DNA of 64,000 bases, from positions 24,676,001 to 24,740,000 of the forward strand of contig OX597819.1 in assembly GCA_951406725.2 (NCBI GenBank). Direction: 5' to 3'. The notes beneath the pieces were generated by a model, which searched no databases, was not told where the DNA came from, and was given only the letters and a program-made list of their open reading frames with translations. This document shows, in pieces, positions 29,581-44,189 of this stretch. Source of the DNA: Octopus vulgaris. Taxonomy: Eukaryota. Made by a program: the position numbers and the translations under genes. Within the stretch, counting starts at the first letter, position 1. Every line of letters begins with the position of its first letter.

Positions 29581-29585
<5 letters not shown>
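29442..29585 (+). mobile_element. Short tRNA-headed SINE-like fragment (different family) with internal (TAA)n
   Basis: TGACATAGTGGTTAAGAGCG (A-box-like) and GAGATCGATTCC (B-box-like). Confidence 0.5.
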
Positions 29586-29619
<34 letters not shown>

Positions 29620-29623
<4 letters not shown>

Positions 29624-29925
29624 GGAGTGGCTGTGTGACAAGTAGCTTGCTTACCAACGACATTGTTCTAGGTTCAGTCCCACTGCGCAGCACCTGTTAT
29701 AGCCCCGGGCTGACCAAACCCTTGTGAGTGGATTTAATAAACGTCGTACATATATTTATATGTATATGCTTGTGAGTCTGTGTTTGTCCCCACCCCACCC
29801 CAATCGCTTGCCAACCGATGCTGGTGCATTTACGTCCCCGTACTAGGTTTACAAAGAATAAGTTCTAGGGGTCTATTTGCTCGACTAAAGGCGAATGACT
29901 GAAACAAATGTAAGAGTAAAAGAGT
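29620..29925 (+). mobile_element. SINE family A with internal deletions
   Basis: GGAGTGGCTGTGTG...GTTCAGTCCCACTGCG...GACTGAAACAAATGTAAGAGTAAAAGAG. Confidence 0.85.
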
Positions 29926-29996
29926 ATATATATTTACACGTGCAAACATATACATATGTATATATCTACCTGTGCAAGTATATACATATTATATGC

Positions 29997-30027
<31 letters not shown>

Positions 30028-30174
30028 CATATATATGTATATATTTTTCATTTATGTTTGTTTGTATTATGTATGTATGTATGTATGTATGTATTTATGT
30101 ATGTATGTATTTATGTATGTACGTATGTATGTACGTATGTATGTACGTATGTATGTACGTATGTATGTATGTAT

Positions 30175-33100
30175 GGCTCTTCTATTTCCAACAAAGATAC
30201 AAGGCTCATCTTTGGGATGTAGTGAACACAGACAAATTCACATGTGGAACTTGAGAAAAGTCTTGCATATTTTTACTGTTCCTTTCACAGATTGCACTTG
30301 TAATGTACGAATCAGCCGGTCAATTTCTCTTTCTAAAAATCTCAGTTCATCCAGATTCTCCTTTAAGCATTTAATAACAAAACCTAGTGGTCCAATTATT
30401 ATTGTTATGAATATGAATTCATAGCCTGGATATAGAAGCTGGAGGTTTCGAAGTAGCTGTCCATAGATATCCTCTTTTCCTTTGATTTTCAAAGAGGCAT
30501 TTATACCTGCACGGCAGCTAACCTGTATGATGGTACATACCTTTGTACCTCCGTCCCAAACAACAATATTTGCCCTGTTATGTTTACATTTGATAGAAGT
30601 TTTGATGGGAGTATTCCACCAGTATTCCTTGAGTTGGAGTTTATGAATGCATTCCATAACAGAGGAATTTTCTAAGTTTATTTCAGGATAGTCCTTTTTG
30701 CGGATGGCATTGTAAATTGTTTTAACAACAACATTGTACTGCATAGGTAGGTAGTACCGTGACAACATCTTAGGACAGCTGCTAATCACATGCTTAATGT
30801 CTTCCACAGAAACATGACATAGCCTATAGATGCGGTTGCACCTTGTGATTACAAGAACGTCACTGTCTCTGTTGTTTACCAGGTACTTTGTAGCAATCTT
30901 CTGTTCCTGGATTACAAGCGCATAGCCTGCAAAATGTGATTTGATGTAATGTAGTGGTCTTGTGTCCAAGAGAGGCTGTGCTTCGTGTCAATTCTATTGT
31001 CTTCTTCAAGCTTCCGGGCAACATACTCATGCATGGTCTTTCTTTATTATTATTCTTTTTGTATGCTGAGTGCTTTCCATCCAGGATTTTTTTTTCTGAG
31101 GTAATTGACCCAAGCTGTTTTGGGGCTGTATAGAAGATCATCAGGAAGAGAGTGTTTCTTGAAGAGTTCACTGCCAACTCGTACAATGCTGCTCACTTCA
31201 CTTTTCAGGACTGCATTAATATATTTATTTTTGCTGCTCTTGTTTAGCAGGTGCAGCCTGAGTGATACTATACGGCATTCGAAGACCGCCTCCACTGATC
31301 TCAGGCCTCAACTACTTTCATTTCTTCTCAGATAGAGCCTGTCAACATCACTGTTTCTGTGGAAGTTGTCAGTTGTTGTCAGGATTTTGTGGGTAGAGGA
31401 TTTCCTCTACAAATCAATAAGTATCCCAAATGTTGATATCAGCACTGGTACTGCAAATGCATTGTGGGATATTGTTTTCTAGTAAGAGGAGAGTTCCGAC
31501 TGTCCTATTTTCTTCAGTCTGGTGTAATATTCTCGGGTCACTCTATTTTTATTCACAATACCTTCATGATACATTTTCGTCTATACTTAGGTACTTGTAA
31601 CATTCTTTGTATGGAATGGGGGAGGTAGAGAGACCGTTTATGTACAGGTTTCAGATTTGAAGGACTGACTTCCCTCGTTCTGTAACCAAATACGAAGATT
31701 CCTTTTGGCCAAATTCCATACCTATATCAGCTAAAAATGTTATTAATTCCAGTTGTTTTTTTTTAACACTTTTAGCATAAATCTCCAGGTCGTCTACAAA
31801 GAGTTATATTGATAATTTTCTGGCAGTTATTTCTTAGCATGCAACCATTTGTGTTCTGATATTTCTTAGCATGCAACCATTTGTATTCTGATATTGCTTA
31901 GCATGCAACCATTTGTGTTCTGATATTTCTTAGCATGCAACCATTTGTGTTCTGATATTTCTTAGCATGCAACCATTTGTGTTCTGATATTTCTTAGCAT
32001 GCAACCATTTGTGTTCTGATATTTCTTAGCATGCAACCATTTGTATTCTGATATTGCTTAGCATGCAACCATTTGTGTTCTGATATTTCTTAGCATGCAA
32101 CCATTTGTATTCTGATATTTCTTAGCATGCAACCATTTGTGTTCTGATATTTCTTAGCATGCAACCATTTGTATTCTGATATTTCTTAGCATGCAACCAT
32201 TTGTGTTCTGATATTTCTTAGCATGCAACCATTTGTGTTCTGATATTTCTTAGCATGCAACCATTTGTATTCTGATATTGCTTAGCATGCAACCATTTGT
32301 GTTCTGATATTTCTTAGCATGCAACCATTTGTATTCTGATATTTCTTAGCATGCAACCATTTGTGTTCTGATATTTCTTAGCATGCAACCATTTGTGTTC
32401 TGATATTTCTTAGCATGCAACCATTTGTGTTCTGATATTTCTTAGCATGCAACCATTTGTGTTCTGATATTTCTTAGCATGCAACCATTTGTGTTCTGAT
32501 ATTTCTTAGCATGCAACCATTTGTGTTCTGCAGTAGGAACGATAATGGATTCGGTGCCAAAATGAAACGAAGTAAAGAAAGACTATCTCCTTGGAGTATT
32601 CCTTTTGTAATACCCCTACTATTAGAAACAATTATTCTCTTCCCAGTTGTAAGGGTAAGAACAGTTGTCCATGTTTTTGTGGGTCTCTCTAAAGCAGCAA
32701 TTAAGGTAGTAGGCACTTCAACAGCAATGAATAAGGGATAGAGTCGAATGCCTTCTTATAGTCAAGCCATACTGTCACAATGTTTCTGCATTGGTTTCTT
32801 ACTTCGAACAGTACAGCTTCGTTTATTAAAGGTTGTTCGGCACATCCCCACACTCCCATGTTTCCACCAGTCTGTTCACCAGTCACAATGTTGTTCGACT
32901 CACAATGGTCCTGGAAAAATTGTTTGAGGCAACTTGTGTACAGTTTGTACATAATTTTTAGGCAAGCAATGGGCCTGTAGTTTCCTGCCATCTCGGTGAT
33001 TTCATTTTTGGCAACAAGATTTGTCCTTGCTGTAGCAAGTCAATTTTGTATAACAGTCTGATCTTCCATAGTCCTTTTGAAAGTACATATCAACTGGTTT

Positions 33101-33180
33101 CTATAAAATGTCAGTTTCTTGTACCAATATCCAACTATCAGGTCCCTTCCAGGTGCCTTCCCATTCTGCAGTTTGCCTAC
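30175..33180 (-). pseudogene. 5'-truncated R4/Dong-type non-LTR retrotransposon (RT + CCHC + restriction-like endonuclease)
   Basis: KAPGRDLIVGYWYKKL, NYRPIACL, WLDYKKAFDSIP, GILQGDSLS, LFVDDL, DVDRLYL, YRLCHVSVEDIKHVISSCP, HNRANIVVWD...IIQVS, IIIGPLG; stop at 30238, then a short 3' UTR. Confidence 0.9.
31829..32530. repeat. 32-bp minisatellite, about 22 copies, inside the RT coding region
   Basis: Unit ATTTCTTAGCATGCAACCATTTGTGTTCTGAT, exact 32-bp period (31861, 31893 ... 32501); only two variable sites (T/G at unit position 4, G/A at 25). Confidence 0.97.
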
Positions 33181-33781
33181 ATATGTATGTATGCATGTAT
33201 GTATGTATGTATGTATGTATGTATGTATGTATGTATGTATGTATGTATGTATGTATGTATGCATGCATGTATGTATGCATGTATGTATGTATGTATGTAT
33301 GTGTGTATGTATATATGTATGTATGTGTGTATGTGTGTATGTATGTATGCTTGCATGTATGTATGCATGTATGTATGTATGTGTGTATGTGTGTATGTAT
33401 GTGTGTATGTATGTATGCATGTATGTATGCATGTATGTATGTGTGTATGTATGTGTGTATGTATGTATGTATGTATGTATGTATGTCTGTATGCATGTAT
33501 GTATGTATGTATGCATGCATGTATGCATGCATGTATGTACGTATGTGTGTATGTATGTATGTATGCATGTATGTATGCATGTATTTATGTATGTATGTAT
33601 GTATGTATGTGTGTATGTATGTATGTATGTATGTATGTATGTATGTATGCATGTATGTATGTGTGCATGTATGTATGTGTGTATGTATGCATGTATGTAT
33701 GTATGTATGTATGCATGCATGCATGCATGTATGTGTGCATGTATGTATGTATGTATGTATGTATGTATGTATGTATGTGTG

Positions 33782-33812
<31 letters not shown>

Positions 33813-34342
33813 GTATGTATGTGTGTATGTATGTATGTATGTATGTATGTATGTATGTATGTATGTATGTATGTATGTGTGTATGTATGTATGTATGTAT
33901 GTATGTATGTATGTATGTATGTATGTATGTATGTATGTATGTATGTATGTATGTATGTATGTATGTATGTATGTATGTATGTATGTATGTATGTATGTAT
34001 GTATGCATGCATGTATGTGTGCATGTATGTATGTATGTATGTATGTATGTATGTATGTATGTATGTATGTATTTATGTATGTATGTATGTATGTATGCAT
34101 GCATGTATGTGTATGTATGTATGTATGTATGTATGTATGTATGTATGTATGTATGTATGTATGTATGCATGTATGTATGTATGCATGTATGTATGTATGT
34201 ATGTATGCATGCATGCATGCATGTATGTGTGCATGTATGTATGTATGTATGTATGTATGTATGTGTGTATGTATGTATGTATGTATGTATGTATGTATGT
34301 ATGCATGTATGTATGTGTGTATGTATGTATGTATGTATGTAT
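33181..34342. repeat. About 1.16-kb (TATG)n microsatellite with TGCA/TGTG variants
   Basis: Direct reading of the sequence. Confidence 0.97.
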
Positions 34343-34824
34343 GAATGTAAGACTGTGTGCGATTGCATGTGCATTAGTGCTTAGAGTGTTGAACTCACGA
34401 TTTCAATGTCTTGGGATCGATTCCTGGATCGGACGATGCGTGAGCAAAACATATCATTTCAAGTTGCTTTATTTCACTTAACTGAAAATGTATGTATATC
34501 AATGTTAAAGACACACAAAATTCCAAAAGGTATTAAATTAGGCGACAGATTAATTCTATCACCCATGTAAGCCATATCGGAATTTGAACTCAGACGGTAA
34601 AGAGTCGGAACAAATATTACAAGGCTCCAGTTCTAACATTCCTGCAGTTTTGTCATTCCATTATACTGGATTGGTAGGTTTTTTTTTTTTTTGTTTGTTT
34701 GTTTGTTTTCTTTTTGTTTGGTTTTTATCGGCCCTGACATGCCCGGATAAAGGGATCGAACCGGGGGGTCTTCATAATTGCACAGTATTCTTCTTAAACC
34801 ACTCGGCCATGCTTGCTTAGACAC

Positions 34825-34932
<108 letters not shown>

Positions 34933-35141
34933 CGACACACATGCGACACACAAATACACACGCGCAACAAGCACATGCACACATATAAATATAGAGATAT
35001 TTATATGTACAAAGAACACTAGTAGGGTTTCGAAATTCACAACTGTTTCGGCAGCATTTTTATTGATGCAGTCTTAGATTATAGCATGGCAAAAACCCGT
35101 CATCGTTAGGTGGGATTTTAAACTTATAAACAGGTATAAAT

Positions 35142-35552
35142 AGGCGCAGGAGTGGCTGTGTGGTAAGTAGCTCGCTAACCAGCCACATGGTTCCGGGTTC
35201 AGTCCCACTGCGTGGCACCTTGGGCAAGTGTCTTCTGCTATAGCCTCGGGCCGACCAAAGCCTTGTGAGTGGATTTGGTAGACGGAAACTGAAAGAAGCC
35301 TGTCGTATATTTGTATATATATATAAGTGTGTGCGTGTATATGTTTGTGTGTCTGTGTTTGTCCTCCTAGCATTGCTTGACAACCGATTCTGGTGTGTTT
35401 ATGTCCCCGTCACTTAGCGGTTCGGCAAAAGAGACCGATAGAATAAGTACTGGGCTTACAAAGAATAAGTCCCGGGGTCGATTTGCTCGACTAAAGGCGG
35501 TGCTCCAGCATGGCCGCAGTCATATGACTGAAACAAGTAAAAGATAAAAGAG
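35142..35552 (+). mobile_element. SINE family A, full length
   Basis: Best-preserved family A copy, from the GGCGCAGGAGTGGC head to the GACTGAAACAAGTAAAAGATAAAAGAG tail. Confidence 0.95.
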
Positions 35553-35727
35553 GTAAGGCAGAAATAGGTGACCAGTTCACCAATAATTACGGTGGACCAA
35601 CGAATGGAAATTGAGTTGCTTCACCGTACTGTAAGCTCAATACTGGGTGCCTAGTAAAATCCCGGCGCCCTACACGTTGATATACCTAGGTTCTAATGAA
35701 ACATGCAACTGAGATATTTTTTTTATA

Positions 35728-35930
35728 TGAGGAGTGCTGAAAAGGTTCTGGAATTGGGATAAAGAAAATATAGGAGGATCAGTTAATTGTGATTTTATTC
35801 AACATATTCATACATTTATCGGAGTGGTCCTTCAGTTTTTCTAAGCCTTGTAGAAGTACTCGGAAGTTTGGGCCTCCAACCGAGCTTTTCGCGATACTCT
35901 TAAAGCGAGGAAATTTTCAGCACCCCCTCG
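35728..35930. mobile_element. Mariner-type MITE
   Basis: Imperfect TIRs TGAGGAGTGCTGAAAAG / TTTTCAGCACCCCCTCG with flanking TA. Confidence 0.7.
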
Positions 35931-36181
35931 TACCGTTAGTAGCTTGGTCTGGAGGAAGTGACCGTATCCATGGCTTTCACAGACTCTCTGAGATTGGTGC
36001 GATCGACGCCGTTAATACGCTATTGAACAGCAGTTACAAACTGTTGACTGAAAAAAAATAAAAATAAAAATAAGAAGAAATAAGAAAAACATAAGCAGCG
36101 AAGTAATTCCAGTGGGATACAATTTGAGGAATGAAGAATTTGATAAAATTAGCTCGTGCGGGGTCTGAGGATAGAAACGGT

Positions 36182-36571
36182 ATATGGATGGAAGCACTCC
36201 GTCGGTTACGACGACGAGGGTTCCGGTTGATCCGACCAACGGAACAGCCTGCTCGTGAAATTAACGTGTAAGTGGCTGAGCACTCCACAGACGCGTGTAC
36301 CCTTAACGTAGTTCTCGGGGATATTCAGCGTGTCACAGAGAGTGACAAGGCCGGCCCTTTGAAATACAGGTACAACAGAAACAGGAAGAAAGAGTGAGAG
36401 AAAGTTGTGGTGAAAGAGTACAGCAGGGTTCACCACCATCCCCTGCCGGAGCCTCGTGGAGCTTTTAGGTGGTTTTGCTCAATAAACACTCACAACGCCC
36501 GGTCTGGGAATCGAAACCGCGATCCTACGACCGCGAGTCCGCTGCCCTAACCACTGGGCCATTGCGCCTCC
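36182..36571 (-). mobile_element. SINE family C, full length
   Basis: Reverse complement of the 3892-4270 type; TSD AGAAACGGT at 36173-36181 and 36572-36580. Confidence 0.95.
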
Positions 36572-36758
36572 AGAAACGGTTTAGTGGAAGGGAGAAGAGA
36601 AACAAAAAAAAAACATGGAATATCTGAAAAGAGGACAGGAGAAAGGGGCGAGACTAGCCAGCTCTGGGATATAGGATTCATTGAAGTAGCATAAAATATA
36701 TTTATTACCAGGAAGAATGCTACCCATTTGACATACTGCGCTACTTCCTTATTTTATT

Positions 36759-36917
36759 ACAGGAGTGGTTGTGTGGTAAGTAGTTTGCTAACCAACCACA
36801 TGGTTCCAGGTTCAGTCCCACTGCGTGGCATCTTGGGTAAGTGTCTTCTGCTATAGCCCCGGGCCGACCAATGCCTTGTGAGTGGATTTGGTAGACGGAA
36901 ACTGAAAGAAGCCTGTC

Positions 36918-36962
<45 letters not shown>

Positions 36963-37217
36963 AGTGTGTATGTGTGTGTGTGTGTGTGTGTATGTGTGTG
37001 TGTTTGTGTTTGTCCCCTAGCATTGCTTGACAACCGATGCTGGTGTGTTTACGTCCCCGTCACTTAGCGGTTTGGCAAAAGAGACCGATGAATAAGTACT
37101 GGGCTTACAAAGAATAAGTCCCGGGGTCGATTTGCTCGACTAAAGGCGGTGCTCCAGCATGGCCGCAGTCAAGTGACTGAAACAAGTAAAAGAGGAAAAG
37201 AGTAAAGAGTAAGAGTA
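36759..37217 (+). mobile_element. SINE family A, full length
   Basis: Family A head, internal (TA)n(TG)n and tail. Confidence 0.93.
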
Positions 37218-37389
37218 TCTCTGAAAATATAATAGAAACACTTCAGATTTACACTGTTAAATGTTGAAACTTTTTCATTAAAAAAAAAAAAATCATTTCT
37301 ACTTCCTTTCCAGTATTGCAAAGGATGAGAAGAACCATGAGTAGAATGGTTTACTGTTAATATTTTAAATCTTTTATCGCTTACATTTT

Positions 37390-38680
<1,291 letters not shown>

Positions 38681-39909
38681 CGCTTACTATCAATACATTC
38701 TTTCTCAAATCTCCCCGGATGAGATGAATAAATAATCAAGAAGCTATTTTCTTATTTATTCTCAGCCATGTTCCACTCCCAGACCGCGATAAATGAACGG
38801 GATTGGAACCATACCTCCATTTGGTCCCGGCGCACTAACCTAATCCATCTAAAGTCAATTTAGCCAATTCAGAGATGAATTCAGAGATGAAACTAACATG
38901 ACATGACATTTTCATTTGATGTAGTATCTGCCTGATCAAGCGACCTGAGAGGATATGTTCCAGATATTAATGTCTCGTTTGTATGTTGATAGCATCCTTA
39001 TCTTTGGAGTCGATAATCGAGTGAAAGAAAGGGTCAGAGGGTTGGTAGTGGAATGGCAATGATTCAATATTTCTGATGGCAATCACATATACGTTGTCTT
39101 TTCGTTTTTTTCTTTTTGCTTTATTTTTATCATTTCCTTCCACCTTCTTTATTAAGCTAGATCCCTCGACATTCTAGACACGACCAGACTAATACACACG
39201 TTGACCACAACAAAGTAATTATATCAGATTGGCTTCTAGACAGTTATTAAAAAGCACCTGAGAGATCGTTAGAGGAGACCTCCCCTTAAAACGCACACAT
39301 ACACACACACACTAACACAACTCGAATTTAGATAGAGTGGCGTAGTGATATAATGCAGCAAACCAACCCTTAACCTGCTGCCTGATCACGTAATTTTATT
39401 GCAAGATATACAGCACACACTTAAGGCTAATTTACATCAATACAGCTACATTTTCCATCTGTTAATAGATTTAGTAACAAACTACATCCTGTATCCTCAT
39501 ACGTTCCTAAATAAAATATATATCTTCCATCTAACTCTCTCTCTCTCTCTCTTTCTCGGTGTATATTTACTCTCTTTCAATTTCTCTCAAATCCTCTGAG
39601 AGTTCTCATGAATATATTAACTAGAGAGAGACATTGTTAATATTCTGACATACTGAAGCACGGAATTTGGTCTTGAATTTTTCAACCTTTAAAATAAATG
39701 TACAGCTCCCATTCCTGATATATGTCAAACACTCCTATGTCACTTACATCCTGATAAATGAGTGTGAGTAAGTATACACACACACACACACGCACACATA
39801 CACACACACATACACACACATATATATATATATACACATACATACATACATACATACATACATGCATACATACACACACTTATACACAAATACACGAAGG
39901 CTCAAACAC

Positions 39910-40945
39910 GTATGTATGTATGTATGCATGCATGTATGTATGTATGTATATATGTATGTATATATGTATGTATGTATGTATGTGTGTATGTATGTATGGA
40001 TGGATGGATGGATGTGTGTATGTATGTATGTATGTATGTATGCATGTATGTATGTGTGTATGTATGTATGTGTGTATGTATGTATGTATGTATGTATGTG
40101 TGTATGTATGTATGTATGTGTGTATGTATGTATGTATGTATGTATGTATGTATGTATGTATGTATGTATGTATGTATGTATGTATGTATGTATGTGAGTG
40201 TGTATGTACATATGTATGTATGTAGTCTTACTTGTTTCAGTCATCAGACTGCGGGTGATCTAACGGGATATATTCCGAATATTAATGTCTGATTTTAAGT
40301 TGATAACGATAAACAACAACATAGAATAAAGATACACACAAACACACACACACACAACAACAACAAGAGCGCGTACACGCACGCACGCACGCACGCACGA
40401 ATATACACATACGCACTCACAAATACACACACGAGTATGTGTATGTATGTATGTATGGATGTATGTATGTATGGATGTATGTATGGATGTATGGATGTAT
40501 GTATGTATGGATGTGTGTATGTATGTATGTATGTATGTATGTATGGATGGATGGATGGATGGATGGATGGATGGATGGATGGATGTATCTATGTATGTAT
40601 GGATGTATGGATGTGTGGATGTATGTATGGATGTATGTATGTATGTATGCATGTATGTATTTATGTATGTGTGTATGTATGTATGTATGTATGTATGGAT
40701 GGATGGATGGATGGATGGATGGATGGATGTATGTATGTATGCATGCATGCATGTATGTATGTATGTATGTATGGATGGATGGATGGATGTATGTATGTAT
40801 GGATGGATGTATGTATGTATGTATGTATGCATGCATGCATGTATGTATGTATGTATGTATGGATGTATGGATGGATGTATGTATGTATGTATGTACGTAT
40901 GTATGCATGTATGTATGTATGTATGTATGTATGTATGTGTGTGTG
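39910..40945. repeat. Two long (TATG)n/(TGGA)n compound microsatellites (39910-40222 and 40435-40945)
   Basis: Direct reading of the sequence. Confidence 0.93.
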
Positions 40946-41192
40946 TGGGTATGTGTTTATGCTTATGCTTCCTTATGGGTTCACACTCGCAGAGTGTGGC
41001 TACAATACCAAATAAAAGTATACCAAAGTATGAATAGTGTGTATGAATATTAAGCTAATGTGGCCGATGTAATTAATGAAGATCAAGCATCTAAAACAGT
41101 ACAAATAAAACTCCATTGTTATACATTCTGGTAAATACGATAGATATATCACGTTCGTATAGACCAGTGCTCCGCAACCGGTATGCCGCGAC

Positions 41193-41580
41193 GGAGGCGC
41201 AATGGCCCAGTGGTTAGGGCAGCGGACTCGCGGTCGTAGGATCGCGGTTTCGATTCCCAGACCGGGCGTTGTGAGTGTTTATTGAGCGAAAATACCTAAA
41301 AGCTCCACGAGGCTCCGGCAGGGGTGGTGATGGTGGTGATCCCTGCTGTACTCTTTCACCACAACTTTCTCTCACTCTTACTTCCTGTTTCTGTTGTACC
41401 TGTATTTCAAAGGGCCGGCCTTGTCACTCTCTGTGTCACGCTGAATATCCCCGAGAACTACGTTAAGGGTACACGTGTCTGTGGAGTGCTCAGCCACTTA
41501 CACGTTAATTTCACGAGCAGGCTGTTCCGTTGATTCGGATCAACCGGAATCCTTGTCGTCGTAACCGACGGAGTGCTTCC
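41193..41580 (+). mobile_element. SINE family C, full length
   Basis: 10-bp TSD ATGCCGCGAC at 41183-41192 and 41581-41590. Confidence 0.95.
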
Positions 41581-41905
41581 ATGCCGCGACACATTGATGT
41601 TCTACAAGACGATGCTAGGAGTGCCGCGGTGTAACCTGAATATAATTTTTTTTTCCTAGAATTTTAGTTATATTTTTAGTACATGTGCGTCGCTGAATTT
41701 TGAAAAGAATACAAGCATACCGCAAGTGAAAAAAGGTTGCGAAGCATTGGTAAAGACCAAAGGTTCTGAACCGGAATCAATATGGCCCTTAAAAATCCAT
41801 ATAAGATTTTGTTGTTAAAATTTATGTGCAAGAAAATAGATGCACTTTTAAAATACACAAAATATTCCAGCAATTTTTCATACAAGTCCTAATAATATTT
41901 ATTCA

Positions 41906-42326
41906 GGCATAGGAGTGGCTGTGTGGTAAGTAGCTTGCTTACGAACCACATGGTTCTGGGTTCAGTCCCACTGTGTGGCACCTTGGGCAAGTGTCTTCTA
42001 CTATAACCTCGGGCCGACCAAAGCCTTGTGAGTGGATTTGGTAGACGGAAACTGAAAGAAGCCCGTCGTATATATGTATATATATATGTGTATGTGTGAA
42101 TGTGTGTGTATGTGTGTTTATGTTTGCATGTCTGTGTTTTTCACCCCAACATCGCTTTACAACCGATACTGGTGTGTTTACGTCCCCGTAACTTAGCAGT
42201 TCAGCAAAAGAGACCAATTGAATAAGTACTGGGTTTACAAAGAATAAGTCCGGGGGTCGATTTGCTCGACTAAAGACGGTGCTCCAGCATGGCCGCAGTC
42301 AAGTGACTGAAACAAGTAAATGAGTA
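41906..42326 (+). mobile_element. SINE family A, full length
   Basis: GGCATAGGAGTGGCTGTGTGG head through GACTGAAACAAGTAAA tail. Confidence 0.92.
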
Positions 42327-42659
42327 TATAAAAGGAGTTTTTAGACATCAAATTGTTAGGCGGGCCTCCCATCACACCCCTCGAGAAAAACAGGAATTAA
42401 AGGGGTCCATAGGGGAAAAGTGTTTGATAATCACTGGTATAGATTAAAGGCATAGAGAAATGCAAATACTCACGCATAAATAAATGTCAGTGGGGAAATG
42501 ATTACTTAAGCATTCAGAATCTCTTTCAAAATCGAAGCATTTGACAAAGGAGCCCGTTGAAAAAACAAACGGAAATGAGCAACGATATACCTAAAAACAG
42601 AAATAAAAACCACTAAACCAAGACATAGAATAATACAGAAAGAAATACAATATAACATG

Positions 42660-43140
42660 ATTGTATGGTTAAAAAAAACTCGCTTTGAAACCATGTGGTT
42701 TCGGGTTCAGTACCATTGCGCAGCATCTTCGGCAAATGTTTTGTTACAGTCCCGGGTTGACCAATACCTTGTGAGAAAATTGGTAAACGGCAATTGTGCA
42801 TGAGCCCATCATATACATGTGTGTGTGTGTGTATGAATTTGTGTCTATGCTTGCTCTCCTCCGCTTGACAACAGGTCTTGGTTTGCTTACGACCCCGTAC
42901 TTAGCGGTTCGGCGAAAAGACCGATAGATTAAGTACCAGATTTAAAAATACGTACTGGGATAGATTTGTTCGGCTGAGTCCCTCCATAGCGGTGCCCTTG
43001 AATAGTCGCAGTCCAACTTCTGAAACAAGTAAAAGATATAAGATAAAAGATACACATCAAAGACCATATCGATCGAAAAATACACCGGTGCTCCAGTATG
43101 GCCGCAGTCAAATAACTGAAAGAAATAAAAGAATAAAAAC
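42660..43140 (+). mobile_element. Old SINE family A with a duplicated tail
   Basis: Decayed head and body; tails at about 42990-43050 and 43086-43140. Confidence 0.7.
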
Positions 43141-43312
43141 CACCATAATGTATATTAATTGAATCAAATACATATTAATGTATTAATGTATAAACGATAA
43201 ACACGTTATTTAAGGAAAAACAACTTATTAACAATAATAACAGACTAGAAAAAACACTGAACCTAAAAGCCTTTTGATCAACAGTGAATTAATAACGACT
43301 AATATGATTAGT

Positions 43313-43629
43313 GTGGAGGCGCAATGGCCCAGTGGTTAGGGCAGCGGGTTCGCGGTCGGAGGATCGCGGTTTCGATTCCCAAACCGGGCGTTATGTGTGT
43401 TTATTGAGAGAAAACACCTAAAAGCTCCACGAGGTTCCGGCTGGGGGTGGTGGCGAACCCTGTTGTACTCTTTCGCCACTACTATCTCTCACTCTCTCTC
43501 TCTTCCCGTTTCTTGAGTAACGCTGCGATGGACTGACATCCCGTCCAGCTGGGGGGGGGGACACATACGCCCCACAGAAACCGGGAAGCCGTGCCCATGA
43601 GCCTGGCTAGGCTTGAAAAGGGCGAAAAA
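43313..43629 (+). mobile_element. SINE with the family C head but a different 3' half (C2)
   Basis: First about 175 bp match family C, then CTGCGATGGACTGACATCCCGTCCAG...GAAACCGGGAAGCCGTGCCCATGAGCC; TSD AATATGATTAGT at 43301-43312 and 43630-43641. Confidence 0.9.
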
Positions 43630-44189
43630 AATATGATTAGTAAATTGGATTGGAAATGTAATAATCGTCAACTTCATGACACTAACTATACAAAATCGAC
43701 GTACACTCATTAAGACACCACACACTTATAATAAGGAGTAATTCAGTAAGTGCAATGTGCACAACATGACCCAAAAGGAGACGGGAAAACATCCATATTG
43801 TACAGAACTCTCCAGAAAAATAGACGATGAAGGCTGTAAGTATTAATGCTAAGATATACACACAAACAAAATAACTTTGCTGCTGGCAAAAATAATGCAT
43901 ATAGGATGGCGTATAACGGCAATGTATAAAGGATCAGCATCACACGTTATACTCACTTCATACTGAAGGTGGGACTGTGAAAGTTTGGAAACGTTGATGA
44001 TGGATTTAGCAATTTTATTGCCACAAGCGACAAGGAGCTGGCACAAACATACGGGTGATTTTGATAAAAATAAATAAATAAAACTAGAAAACAGTTGTTT
44101 ATTTAAAAAAGCAAAAAGAAATGGTATTCCTTATGTATCAAAACACACGCACACAGACACACACTCACACACACACACATGCACAGACA

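Larger units (their letters stand above)
41165..42436. mobile_element. hAT (Charlie-like) non-autonomous element carrying two SINE insertions
   Basis: Termini CAGTGCTCCGCAACC...TGTTTGATAATCACTG; 8-bp TSD GTATAGAC (41157-64) / GTATAGAT (42437-44). Confidence 0.75.

Noticed and set aside
31829-32530. CRISPR array (32-bp repeats)
   Set aside because: Repeats are head-to-tail with no spacers, derive from RT coding sequence, have no cas genes nearby and lie in eukaryotic DNA.
33040-34481. Long ORFs of 200-444 aa (also 15603-16503, 40260-41053 and 47417-48510)
   Set aside because: YI/HT/VC/MYVC translations of stop-free microsatellites.
43680-44070. Possible Tc1 transposase relic (HTEGGTVKVW resembling HGGGSVMVW)
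   Set aside because: A single short motif among many stops, with no TIRs found.
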